Positions 1 through 12,519 of a stretch of 64,000 bases of DNA are shown piece by piece. The stretch spans positions 6,696,001 through 6,760,000 of the forward strand of contig OZ059900.1 of NCBI GenBank assembly GCA_964057225.1, given 5' to 3'. The position numbers were made by a program, and so were the translations under genes. How positions within the stretch are numbered: position 1 is the first letter of the stretch; the number at the start of each line of letters is the position of its first letter. The notes under the pieces were generated by a model, which was not told where the DNA came from, did not search any database, and worked only from the letters and a program-made list of their open reading frames with translations. The DNA is from Auanema rhodensis (lineage: Eukaryota; Animalia; Nematoda).

Positions 1-2737
1 CAGAAATAAAAGAATTTGACTAGAAAATTCGAAAAAAATGATGAGTGGGCCTAGGAAATATGTTCAAGTGCTTGCTGTTTCGCTGATTATGCAAAAGATT
101 GAAACTATCCAAGCGAAATAAACAACTTGTCCTTATAGGCATAACTTCTTAGGTAAGTCATGTGAGAATAATTTTTAAGAGTAAAGCTCACTCCACTCAT
201 GAAGTACGACTGATTTTAAAAACCAAAAATGCCAGATAGCAAGGTTGCCAGTTATTCATAGCCATACTTTTGCTTCCAAGCGCTATCTCATTTTACTCAT
301 TCTTTCACACTTGCATTTCCTTTTTCACCAATTCAATTTCAAATTTCAGTATATAAACATTAGTTCGAAACTTCCTCGTAGGTGACATTACTCAAATGAC
401 AGATTAATGTGGAAACTCTGTATGTTAGAACATTTGAATAAAAATTGAACATGAATAGAAAGTATGAAATGAAATAACGAAATAGATCAACATTTTTAAA
501 ACGTGAAAAATATATAAAAAAACAAAAGAACGCACCAGATATCTGTTAAGCTAGAGTTCTACAGATAAAGTAAAGCATAGTTTTTTCTTATTCATGTACA
601 GCATATGCATAACATATTGTTTTTTCTATGCATTACTTTTTTTTTCTAAAAAAACTTTTTGCCTTCTCAAAAAAATGTGAAAGGCATTTTATTCTATGAA
701 GATGCGGGCTAAGAAGAAGTTTTTTTCCTAGACATCCGTAAGTTATGAGGTAAGTAACGCATAGACAATTTTGACCAGACAAGTAAATTATATATTTCAA
801 AAGCATGGAAAATATAATTTTTATTGAACTGAAATACTATTTTTCTCCAGAGAAATAGAGAAAATGAATAAGAAAAGAAGCAGAAAATGGATGTGAATAG
901 ATGCATATGTATATTGACTAAACAAGATGAACAAGTAAATGAAGCCAACACATCCTAGGGAATTCAAGTAGCTAAAAAGAATAGAAAAGATATTGGATAA
1001 CGTGATCGTTTAAGTTTCCAAAATGCTTATGAAGGGCAACTGTAGTATAAAGTCTAAATGAAGTCATCAACAATAAAATGGAATTAGAATGGATGATGCA
1101 AAAATGATTTCCGCTTGATTGTCAATATTTAATGATATACCAAATCTTTATAGCCAAATTCTAACAAGCAAATGAACAACATTTGTTGTATGCAGAAGAA
1201 ATCAGGATAAAATTACAAGAATAGAATTGAAAGCATGAGAATATGAACTGCAATTTTAAAATAGAAATCATTTTTTAATTTGAAGTTTGAAAATAACATG
1301 TTCACTAATATTTAGAAAATTAATCAAAAGAGAGATCAGACCAAATCTGTGAGAAAAGGAAAAAGAATCATTGAGTCATATTGTTAAGTTGCTAGCTGCT
1401 TCCAAGTTTTTAACATGGCTAGCAGCTCTTATGAAAAATGAAAAGTTTTTATAATTCCTTTTTCACTCAAAACTTCAACTCAATATCGATTTATTGAAAA
1501 ATAGACGATGAGAAAGTGCAGACATTATTAATAGAATAAGATTTTGAAATATATCTTCCTAGTTGTTAGACTATCTCAGAACGCGTAAGCTTGAGATCAT
1601 GCTGTCGATTGTAACGGCAATGCCCTTCGTCATTAAGTCAGCCCAATTCGTTTATGTGGTCACTCGTCAAATCGACGAACCACGATGAAGAATGGGGCAG
1701 AAAGCTGGAAAAGCATGAGAAAGGCTATAGAAGCTAACGACGGAGCATAAAAGGAGATGGTGTTGCACAGCTGACGAGAAAAGGAAAGCGAGAGAGAAAG
1801 GAAACAAAAGAGAAAAGAGATGAAAAAGAGAGAATATATTGCAATGACGTACCAAGATGAAAAGATGAAGGACAGATGTCAGTTTTGCCTTTTTTCCTCA
1901 CTGTGTATCGATGAAAAGTAGAGTTGGGTTGAAGACAAGGTTGTGAGTACCATACCATAAACTCTAGCATTTTTCACTCTTTTTTAAAACTTTTCTCACA
2001 AATGCAAGCTCCTTTTCTCTCAATCTTTGGCTCATATAATAATTTGTCTTTTCCTTTCATGCTTCTCATTTCTGGAATATAACGACCCTCAATACACCAA
2101 ATATCAACTCTTATTCTGATTGCTTAAAATGAAACATAGAAATTACATGATGAAAATGAATAAATGAACGCTCCTTAAGAAATATCACACTAGATACACA
2201 TGCCATATATAGTTCAATGGCTAGAAGCACGTCAGCTGAACAGCTGGAGCTACATATATATAAGTTCTGAACATATGTTTAGATATGTACATCCTTTTTT
2301 TTCCTTAAATATCAAGTTTCTCTACGAGTGTCTTATATGAAAAGTATAAACAGTAAATGAATCAAAAAGAACAAAAAGTTATAATCTTTCAAAAAAATTT
2401 CATTTTATGGAAAAATTATGATATAGACAAATATTTCGAAACAAGATACAATGCAGATGGCAAAAACAATTATTTTCTGCCCATCACGAACGATGAAGAT
2501 CTCATATGATCTCTTGATTAAACTATGCGTAACAAAATACAATACGATATTGATTATTTGTTACTTCAAAATAAAATATTTTGAAAAATTAATTAATTTA
2601 ATTATAAATGATATATTTAAAATACATTACCACACATATCAGATATATAACGTTCAATAACCAATAAATTAGCTCAAAATATATAGTTACTTGTCTGGTA
2701 GGGTATGTAATCAAGACTTATCCAGTGAGTGTGGTAA

Positions 2738-3105
2738 AGAGGGTGTGGGGGGGAGCAATTGCTTTTGCCTAAGCACTATTGAATAAAATGTGTGCCGCGT
2801 ATAAATCTAATACCATGCCAGCATTACGACTATTTCCGTTGGTTAGCTTTCATCTTCGTTTGCATCTATAACTATTGTATGCGAAATGTTTCAGACTGCA
2901 TGGATACATACATCTGCTCGCGTCCACCCCATATAGCTTGTTTAAGAACCTCTATCCGTGCCGACTAGCTTGTGTCCGTTTAAGACGGATATCGTTCAAG
3001 CTGCATCCGGGGCATGATACTATTGTTGTATAGAGAGAGAGAGAGGGATCTCGCAAAATGTTGAGAGCAATTGGTATTGGTATCTGCTAACTGCAAAAGA
3101 CATTT
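2738..3105 (+). ncRNA. Candidate structured ncRNA (H/ACA-like 3' domain; speculative telomerase-RNA-like architecture)
   Basis: Long closing helix between 2738-2757 and 2915-2953; inner CCATGC/GCATGG stem; 18-bp interrupted hairpin 2958-3015; ANANNA (ATACTA) at 3017-3022; weaker second hairpin 3026-3096; ACA at 3100-3102. Identified by eye only. Confidence 0.3.
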
Positions 3106-3600
3106 AATTCCCATAGGAACAATCACTAATGCATCTTGATTCGAGTATACGATTATCATTTTTCAAATAAACTCTAAGAAGAGTTGTTATACTTAAATAT
3201 GTAATATTTTGAAGAAAAAAAGGAAAGCAAAACTTATCGTAAATCTATTCTAATTTCAATAATTTTTTCTAAAATTTATATTTTATTGTTGTGTTTATCT
3301 ATATATTGATTTATTCAATGCTTTCTTGTCAATATTATGAGTATGAATGTATTTTTCTATGTTTTTATATTGAAATTTAACAAAAAACTGTTCTACAAAG
3401 ATTTACTACATATAGATTTAATGAACAAGAAACTGGACTTGATATACTATAAAGAATAGAGAAATAGTAAAAAAAGAAACTTAATTGCTAACAATAAATT
3501 AATTTAAAACATTGATGTTTTTGGATAGTATGGGAAATAATTATGGATTACTATATCAACTAATAAGTAGATTTCACTAAGAAGTTGAAGATCGTTAAAG

Positions 3601-3750
3601 GGAAAGAGAAGTATGAGACCGGGGAAATTTTTAAAAATAAGAGAAAAAAGAGCGAGGGGAAGAAAAAGGGAGAGAGGGAGAAAAAAAACAAGCAAGAGAA
3701 AAAGGGGAAAAGGTGAAAAGAGAGAGAGAGAGAAAAGAGAAAAAACGAAA
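3601..3750. repeat. Purine-rich (GA/A) low-complexity tract
   Basis: Almost exclusively A/G, e.g. gagagggagaaaaaaaacaagcaagagaaaaaggggaaaaggtgaaaagagagagagag. Confidence 0.8.
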
Positions 3751-5311
3751 CCATAAGCTCTACAGTTTTCTAGTGAAATAAGAATATAATTTGGTAAACA
3801 AAGATCAGAGGGAATCTAAGAGTAATAGAATATGCTAAGAGAATTAACATCAATTGCTAAATATGATAATGAAATAAAACTAAATGCGTCATTATGAAAT
3901 AATCAGAAAGATTTTGTTTTAATCTCTAAAAAAATCTAATTCCAATAGAAAAACAAGAAAGAAGCCATATCATGAAAGCTATAGTGAAGATGATGGTTGG
4001 GAAATATGGAGAAGTAAAACAAAAGTGTTATAAAGAATATAAAGATTAAATTTACGAGATGTTTGAAATTATGTCAAAGATGTTTTATTTGAGATGGAAT
4101 TTTTTGAGAAAACAAGATTTTATATGAATAGAATAACAGTTAAAAACGAATAAACACTCTAAAGATATCTGTTTTTTTTTGTTTTTTTGTTTTTTTTTTC
4201 ATTTAAATTATAAAAATCAGAAAAAGGACGTTTTTCAAAACATTGTGACACCGGTTAAAATAAGAATAACACACAACCATAAATAAAACCTCTAATGATT
4301 TTCTAACCGAATAAAATAAACCCATACTTCAAAGAAACCACAGGTTTAGACGAATAGAACTTTTGTTGTAACAACAATATAAAATATATTTTTTATGTTC
4401 TAATTCATATAATATAAATTATTTTTATGAATAACAGTTTTTTCTAAATATTCTCCGATATATTGATCAAAAAAGCATGCTAATTAGTTAAAGTTAGAGC
4501 CATAGGTTGGTAGCTATTTGGGTAACACTTAAATTGGAACAAAATAGATTCTCTACTTATTTTTAATTAAATATCTAACTAATTATGTGGGGAATTCTTA
4601 AAAGTGGATGTTTACTTACTTTTAAGAAATAAAAATTCAGGACAAAAGAGCCTTTTTAGCTGCGCTTAATTATAACAGAACATATATTATGTTTAACTGG
4701 GTAAAGCCAAAATTGCCTGATAGATCTAATGAAGCTGTTAGAAAGTGAGAAGAAATAGAGATCGGATTTAAATTTTAACAACAAAAACATGGATATTAAC
4801 AGGAATGTGCAGCTACGTAAATAAATAGATCTCTCAATCAAAAAAATTCGCAACCACTATATCATTTTAGAGGAATCAATTTCGAAAAGAGAAGTTGTCT
4901 TGTAATTAAAAAGGAAAAACAAAATTGGTCTGCAAAAAATCAAAACAACAGACATATATGTATATGTATATATGTACAAAAACACAAAAACGTCTTTGAT
5001 GTAATATTTGGGGATATTACGAAGCCAGAAAATAATGATCGATATTGATAATTATGCCACATTTTCTGGATATGAACTTTGGATAACGATTGTTAATCAG
5101 TATTCAAACCGATTGCTATCAGCTGTTCACAGCAGTATAAAACAATTATTATGTTTCAACAAAAAATGTAACGATTATACTTCCCAGAAAAGGATGAGAT
5201 GTGTTGAGAAAATAAAACGGAAACGAACATGATTCACAAAAAAAATTAAAAAAGAATGAGGAAAGATGATGTGAACATTACTCTTATTAGGTGTATTCCA
5301 TGAGATAAAAC

Positions 5312-8017
5312 TCATGCATGCTCAATAAGGGGTGTTTGACCTTTATGAGTAATGGTTATCAAAGCAGGACGCTGAAACCATGCCTCCCCATCACTATAAA
5401 TAGTATTATGAATTGACTATCCTAAATTTATTAGCTTAAAGTTACCATTGCATTGGCAAATCCTTGTTACGGATTTTTATTGTGGCTTTATAAGCTTGCC
5501 CAATGTATATAGGAGACGACATCCCAACCTTATATGCATTTTAAAACAATTCGCTTTTTGAAATTTAAATTATTACCTGCATTTGTGCAATATGAAAAGA
5601 TGATGTGACAGCGAAAATCTCAAAGAGACCATCATCTAAAGCTTGTGGCCATTTTTCAGGAGCATTTGCCCAAGGCTAAATCATATATAGGTACATACTC
5701 TTGGTATTTTTTCAAATATTTCCACTCACTTCAACACCAGCTCCCCAATATGGAATATTCAGAAAAACAAGACTTTCAATAACTGGAAGTGGAACAGGAT
5801 CTCTGCTACAAGATATACAATGATTATTAAATTATTAAAATAATATTAATAGCATACCTATCGTTCAAAAACAATTCTAAATCGTTTTGTAAATTTCTAC
5901 ACGTATGCCATAGAACATCTCTGGTTCCATATGTGAAGAAGAGCAATTTGTTCATAAGTCTAAAATAATATTGAACATTATCTTAATTTCAACCAGCACA
6001 CTTTACCGGCTTCTAAGAAACTTTGGAATTGAATATCTAGTGCTTTGCATTCCTAGAGTAACTCTGGCATCTACGCCAATCGATATATAATTTGTCATAT
6101 TACGAGTGCTGCTAAAATGTTCATATCCTAGCTAAACATAAGAATTTTTTTATTAAAAATTTCATTATTTAGAATTCTAACCTTTTTTCGCTTATTCAGA
6201 AGATCGATATTCCAACGATCAACATTTTTCACAGGGCCTTCGTTAATTGTTTTCAGCAACTATAAATAAACATTCAGTTAAAAATACACTTTTGAATGAA
6301 TATAATCACATTTAAGACATCAAATCTTTCATCTGTAGCTGATCCCCATTTCATTGTTCGCGACAAATCATTACCTGTTCCCAAAGGAAATAATGCAACC
6401 TAAGAAATTTATATTTCATCATGAGTCATCATTTAATTAATTTTCCATTAATTAAATTAATAACATACAGGTCTTCTGACATTCAAATTATCCATAATGT
6501 CAAGAACAGAGCATATGGATCCATCTCCGCCAGCAATCAATATACGCATATCAATTTGAGCCTAAATTCATAAAGATAGTTATTAATCATTCAATCAAAT
6601 ATCCCATTTCTTACGTTGTCATGTTCATCCATCCATGCTAAAGTTTGTTGAAGATTAGATTTTGTTATATCAATAACCTATAAACAACATCAATGTTATT
6701 TCATGCATATTTTGAATATCTAGATACCTGTAGAGGATGTAAATATTTTCTGAATTCGCGAATAGTTTTAACACCTGCTCCTGATCCACTCTTTGGATTA
6801 ATCAGAACAAAAATAGGCTTGAGCCCATCTAATGGCTCCATTCCCGTTATGATTAACTGAAAATGGAAAATTCATTTTATTCTTTTTTTTTGCTCATCTG
6901 ACCGAACGCTGATTTCGTAATGCTGATTTGCGCGAGTATAAGCGACAGGGTGGAATAACAAATGGTCGAAATGGACCAAAATCACAAATCTCTGGAGCTT
7001 TCTTCAAACAGTTTGTATGCACCGCTTCTTTACACCTTCAATTCAAAATTATAATTAATTTTCCTTATGGTTATTACAAAAACAATAAAATGACAAACCA
7101 GGAACAACGATAGTCACAAAGTCTTACTCCACCACCACACAACTCTTCGCAAACAATGCAAAACTTGTCTTCATCAATGTTTCCCGGAACCTAATTGGAG
7201 AATTATCATTAGGATTTGAATTATTTCAAGCATCACAATTGCTTTGATTATTATTAGGTTTGGAGCATGGTTTCGATATTAGTTTCAAAATATGAAGTTG
7301 GTTTAAAAGAATTGTATTTATAATACAATTACATTTCAAAATATAATTTAATATTTGTATGGAAAGAAAATTCAAAGAATACCCAATGATGTTTTCGTAG
7401 CATTTTTGTTTGATCGTCTTCTATATTCAAATCTGCTCGAGCTTTACACTGTAATGTATCTGATATTTCTTGTATACACCTAATCTATAATTATAATATA
7501 TTATTAATGTATATAAAGACAAGTTAATTAATTATCTATATATTAATTTGAATTGAAGATTTACCTTGTCTACTTTTAATGTACAAAAATCACATTCGTA
7601 GCCAGTCTTAAGACTGTTCTTACAACAAGCACAATAAAAGCCTAGCTCCTTTATAACAATAGGCGTCCAAAAATGGCCCTCTGAAATATTATATTTCAAC
7701 TGAATATTATAAGATTATACACGCTGTTTATAATTAGTTTTTGATCTTTCAAATCTCATCAATCGTGTTAATATATATGCTATATATAATTTTATTATAT
7801 CATGCTACTAAGTTATGAAAGTAATGCATGTGTTAGTAATATCCTTATAAGTTAATTTCCAAATATGTTTATACTTACTTTTTGATAAATTTGCCGTATT
7901 GATCGGCTTACGTTTACGTTTATTAAATATTCTTAAAAAACCAAAAATCGCTAAAACTGTAACGCATGTTGCGAATAATGTGAAACTAATTTGTTCAATA
8001 TCCCAAAGAACCATCAT
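5312..8017 (-). CDS. dgk-2: Diacylglycerol kinase epsilon (multi-exon)
   Basis: Hand-spliced translation gives an N-terminal TM helix (ISFTLFATCVTVLAIFGFL) and C1A HFW..CACC..CDFCTLKVDKIRC, with the Asp-for-His typical of DGKE. C1B is HHWVPGN..CIVCEELC..DYRCSWC..VHTNC. Catalytic motifs are INPKSG, AGGDGS and PLGTGNDL; accessory motifs are NYISIGVDA, NIPYWGAG, DDGLFEI and PMQCDGEAW. Stop TGA at 5314-5312. Confidence 0.93.
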
Positions 8018-8022
8018 ACACT

Positions 8023-8028
8023 CTGAAA
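8023..8028 (-). promoter_or_regulatory. TTTCAG acceptor 5 nt upstream of dgk-2 ATG (probable SL trans-splice site)
   Basis: Minus strand reads CATTTCAG AGTGT ATG ATG, the nematode consensus 3' splice/trans-splice site. Confidence 0.6.
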
Positions 8029-11000
8029 TGTGACAAAACAACAGAAAATGTGATTAAAAAGTTGAAAATCCGTACGAACTAACACGAAAAAAAAAAAGAA
8101 ATATTGCTTGAAAACATTAACGTAGTTGAAGAAAAAGAAGAAAAGAAATGAAATTTGATTGCGATCTGACATATTTTTTGTACAATAATAATAAAAATAT
8201 AATATATAGCTTTACTATAATTATTGCCCTTTTCTTCAAAATAGATAAGTTTTTCGATAAGGATTGTATAATTATAATACACAGAAACAATATATTATAT
8301 ACATGAAAAAGACAAAAACAAAAAACGTTTTTAATACTAGGTTGAAAAAAGATCAGAAACGCGTTCAAATATTCACCAACTGGTCTATAGAAACTTGTGC
8401 GTTTACGCGAATATGTGTGTGTATGTGTGTGCCTATGTGCGTTTGTATGCGTATATATAATTATATGTGTGTATGTGAGGGGGGGGGGACACTGCTGCTG
8501 ACTTCATCGCATGGCAGGGTATAGTAGAATGGGTTGAAGCTTGTGTGTCGTAACTACTCGTGGTGCTCTGGCGGCTGCTGATGCTGATGTTGGTTTCAAT
8601 GACTGAATCTAGCCAGCACGCTGTGCAAATTTGCTCTATCTCACAATTTTCGTCCTATTTCTATCTCTATCCCTCTCTTCATTGCATTATTTCCAATAAT
8701 TCTCCACATTTTCGGTCTAACGTCAATTACGTATGATGTTCTTAAACTGACGTCATCAAATGGAAAAGAGAAAAAATGACAGAAATACAACATAGAATCC
8801 TCATCAATTAGGCTGATCATTAAAAAAAGACATTTTTTTATAGAAAATGTTATTAATCATTTAAAAAGGAAAGAGTTGAAACTAAAAGCTGACTTGTCTT
8901 AGTTTCATAAACAAGAATCGTAAAACTAGATCAATTTGTCACCAATGAGTGTTACATTTTTGGAAAGGAAAGCACAAAAAATTGCTTATCAATAGGACAA
9001 TTAGGAATGCACACATGATCACATCATTTTTCATTAATATAATGAAATATGAAAGCATTTAAAGCTAAATGATTAGAAACTATGAATAAAACTTTGATTT
9101 CTTAACATTCTCAACACATGTCAGGATTATGATGGTTAAAAGAAATGATTAAATGCATATTATATGATAACGTTCTCAATTTGATAATAAAAACAAGCAA
9201 CTTATATACATCTATGCTATAATGCCGCTTAAATCAACATATTCTTAGGTTCATTCTTATTAATTTTTGTATTGTAGAATACTTTTGTACTAGTTTATAA
9301 TATTTTGTAATTTATGCAATATTATAAATGTATCAACAATCAATTATTTCATAATTTCAGTTATTCTTCTATCAATTTTGTGATAAATACGTCAAAGTAA
9401 TTAGAAACGTGTACGTATGTTATCGTCTTCCGCATATTTCTATGATATTGATATTTGAACACCTGAAAAACCCACAAATGCGCAAACGATTATACGCAAG
9501 CGCCTTTAATATCGTTTTTTCTTGCCGGGAAGTTTAAATGTCACGACAATGAGTCGCTCATAAGAAATTAATCGACCTGGACGCTCACATGTTGATGACA
9601 CGAACGACTCAACCACCATACACACGCACACAGGTTATTAGTGCAAACCTGTCTTCATGCGGTTGTGATGATAGGTCGGTCGGTTTTTGTCATTCGTTCC
9701 TCTTCATTCATCTTCATTTTTCGGATGTCTCACTCATCAGCCTCAAAACCTTTCTGTACATCTGCTATCTAATAATTTTTCATGTATTCTCTCGTATGGT
9801 TCTTTCGTTCGCTCATATTTATATCTGTTTCTTTCTCTCACTTCTCACTCTTTTTTACAGTTCTCTGCCTATTTCACTTGTTTTCTTTTCTTTTTTTTCC
9901 GATCGCATTCACTTTAGTATCCCCATTACATGTTGAGCAGGTATTTGTATTGCGCAAAGCAGCTATTATATGCTATTTATGCGAATAGTGATCATCGTTT
10001 CTATTCAGTTTGTAAATCTACCACCCTGAAAAAGCCGTGCTTTCCACTCATCACATGAATTTAGTCGGTCATTTTCTTTCTCATGGTCTTTGTCTTCACA
10101 AATCGTTCATTCTTTATTTTTCTCTCGATCGGTATTTCTCAGTACTCTCTTCCTCTCTCATCGCTGTTTCCTCTTTCCATTGCTCTCACTAATTCAGCAG
10201 TTTTCGCGTTAGATTGAATGGTCCACGACTCACAACGATCGTTTTCTTGGCTTCTTCTATTTTTCATCTGTCACTCTTTATCTTTAAACAATCTGCCGTA
10301 TCTTTCTCTTATGTTTATCTGTCTTTAATCGTTGGTATTCACCTTTCGGCCTCTGTCCGCTTCTATTAGTCACATGGTGCCTTGCTCTCCTCGCAAACTG
10401 TGTATGCATGTATGTGTGTATATTTCGTCTATTCGCGCACAGAGAACGACAATGTAATATTGTCTGGTCTCTCATTACTTTAAAACACTTTTTTGTATCT
10501 TCTCTATCAGTTTTACTCCATTCGTCTTATCTTATACCTCTCGTTATATTATTTTCATTTTGTAGCGAAAGAGTAATATCCATTTCTAGTTTTTCTCTAC
10601 TTTCTTGAATACCTTAAGTTGTACTCTCTATTATTCCTATTTTTTCTTTTCTCTCTCCTTTGCTCATTATTAATTGTTTCGTGTTACCTATTCTTCTTCA
10701 AGTTTTCTCACATTCATACATACATCTCGAAGCATCGAGTTGTATGAATACTTCGAATGGATTCAAAATCAATGCTGCTGCCTAAAGCTGCACAGCAATA
10801 ACCGTTTACCATATTTTTAAATTAAAAAAAGCAAGCTTTTCCTAACCATCTTAAGTTAATTTTAGGGTTTATCACGCGTTTTCTCATTTGCTTCTTCTCT
10901 TCTCATTTGGTTTAATCGTTCGCTTTGTTAGTTTCAAAATTCATCATTTTATTTCGTGACACATCGCATTAATTTCTTTGCTACACACACATACATGCAC

Positions 11001-12016
11001 ACAAATACATGTACTTCCTTTTTCTCATATTTCGAACCAGCATTCAACATCACATGTGCTTTTCCTTTTTTTTTAAAATTTTCTCGAATTCTAGATTGCA
11101 AACGCTTTCAAACTTCCTGTGTTATAACTTAAGCTTATGCATGTTTATTAGGACAACAATGATTTGTTTGTGCTTTTTTTTTCAATTTTTATTTGTATAT
11201 ATGTTGTGTGTATGTATGCCGATTTCTAAAAAAAATGAGTTGTTCTCATCTTTCCAAGAAAGAGAGAACGAAGGAAAAAGGGCAATCCTTTTACACGATG
11301 ATGATCATCATCAACAATTGGCACTTTTTATTGAAAAGAATGCAATTGCCGCAAATTTGCATCGTCATCATATATAACATTGTTGTGAATTTAGTATCAC
11401 TTATGTTATGCTTATTCGATGTTCTCTCTTTATTCTCACATTTTTCTATCTGTCTCTCACTCTCTCTTCCTTTTTCTCTTGTGCTTTTCTAAAAGAATGT
11501 TTTACATTTCAACGATTCTCTTTCTCATGTTCGATCATTGGCGCTCTCTCTCGTCAATTTCGATAGCCCCGACTATGAATGATTCATAATGCATACGTGT
11601 CTTCCAAATTTTTTCTTTTGCTCTTACAGTTAGCTTGCTCTCAAGGTTTTTTATGAAAGATAGTTAGCCATTAGCTAATAATTCTTATATATTTTGAAAC
11701 GCATTTTTAATTTGACGCTTTGCACATTCTTTTAAGTTAAAAACAGTCCATTTTGCATATATTTGATTTAAAAAGTATTGTATTAGAAAGATGATAAAGC
11801 ATGTAAGATTTAGTGAAAGATATGATGATTATTAATATATATTCTAACGACTTTTATCAAAATTGTTTATGCGAAATGTTAGTGTTATCTCGAATTAGCT
11901 TGAAAGAACAACAAAAGTAGAAATGAGTTAATCAGTGTAGATGTATAGCAATTGAGCATTCAACAGTAAGTTCAGAGAATTCAAGTATGAGATATGAAAG
12001 CTTTTATTGCTAATAA

Positions 12017-12036
12017 TGTGTGTGTGTGTGTGTGTG
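12017..12036. repeat. (TG)10 microsatellite
   Basis: Direct reading. Confidence 0.9.
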
Positions 12037-12519
12037 TTGGTATAAAAAGTATGAAATTAAAATATGAGATTTTTTTTCTAAATTTCTGAGACTTATGTGA
12101 AACGAAGCGAAACATAAATTATAGAAATTAATAAAAATAGTGAAAAGTGTAGTATGAAAATTTGCACACATTTGCACGGGTTGATATGTGAAGGTATTAC
12201 AAGTGAGACGTCATCAACATTGAACGTTCTGGTTGTGAATAGTCAAAACAACAGGTCATCGTCTTTAGCCGATACAACTGGTTGCCTTTGCTTTCATTTG
12301 CCCCTACCTTCGTAATTGCATTCTTTACAATTTTTTTTCATAATTTTTGAGTCACTCTTCCTTTTTTTTATCATCGATTTTATGTTTTCGTTCAATTTTA
12401 GTTTTAATTTTTTTTTTAATTTTTTGTTTTAATTGTGTCTTATTTCTTATTTAAATTCTACCCGACTGAAGTATATTTAATAATTTAGGTGATTTTTTTC
12501 ATTTGCAAAAGAAAACATT

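Noticed and set aside
709-5232. Many 60-120 aa F/L/S-rich ORFs here and at 9.6-11.5 kb and 41-55 kb
   Set aside because: Translations of purine/pyrimidine-skewed low-complexity non-coding DNA, often with TTG/GTG starts; no codon bias or exon structure.
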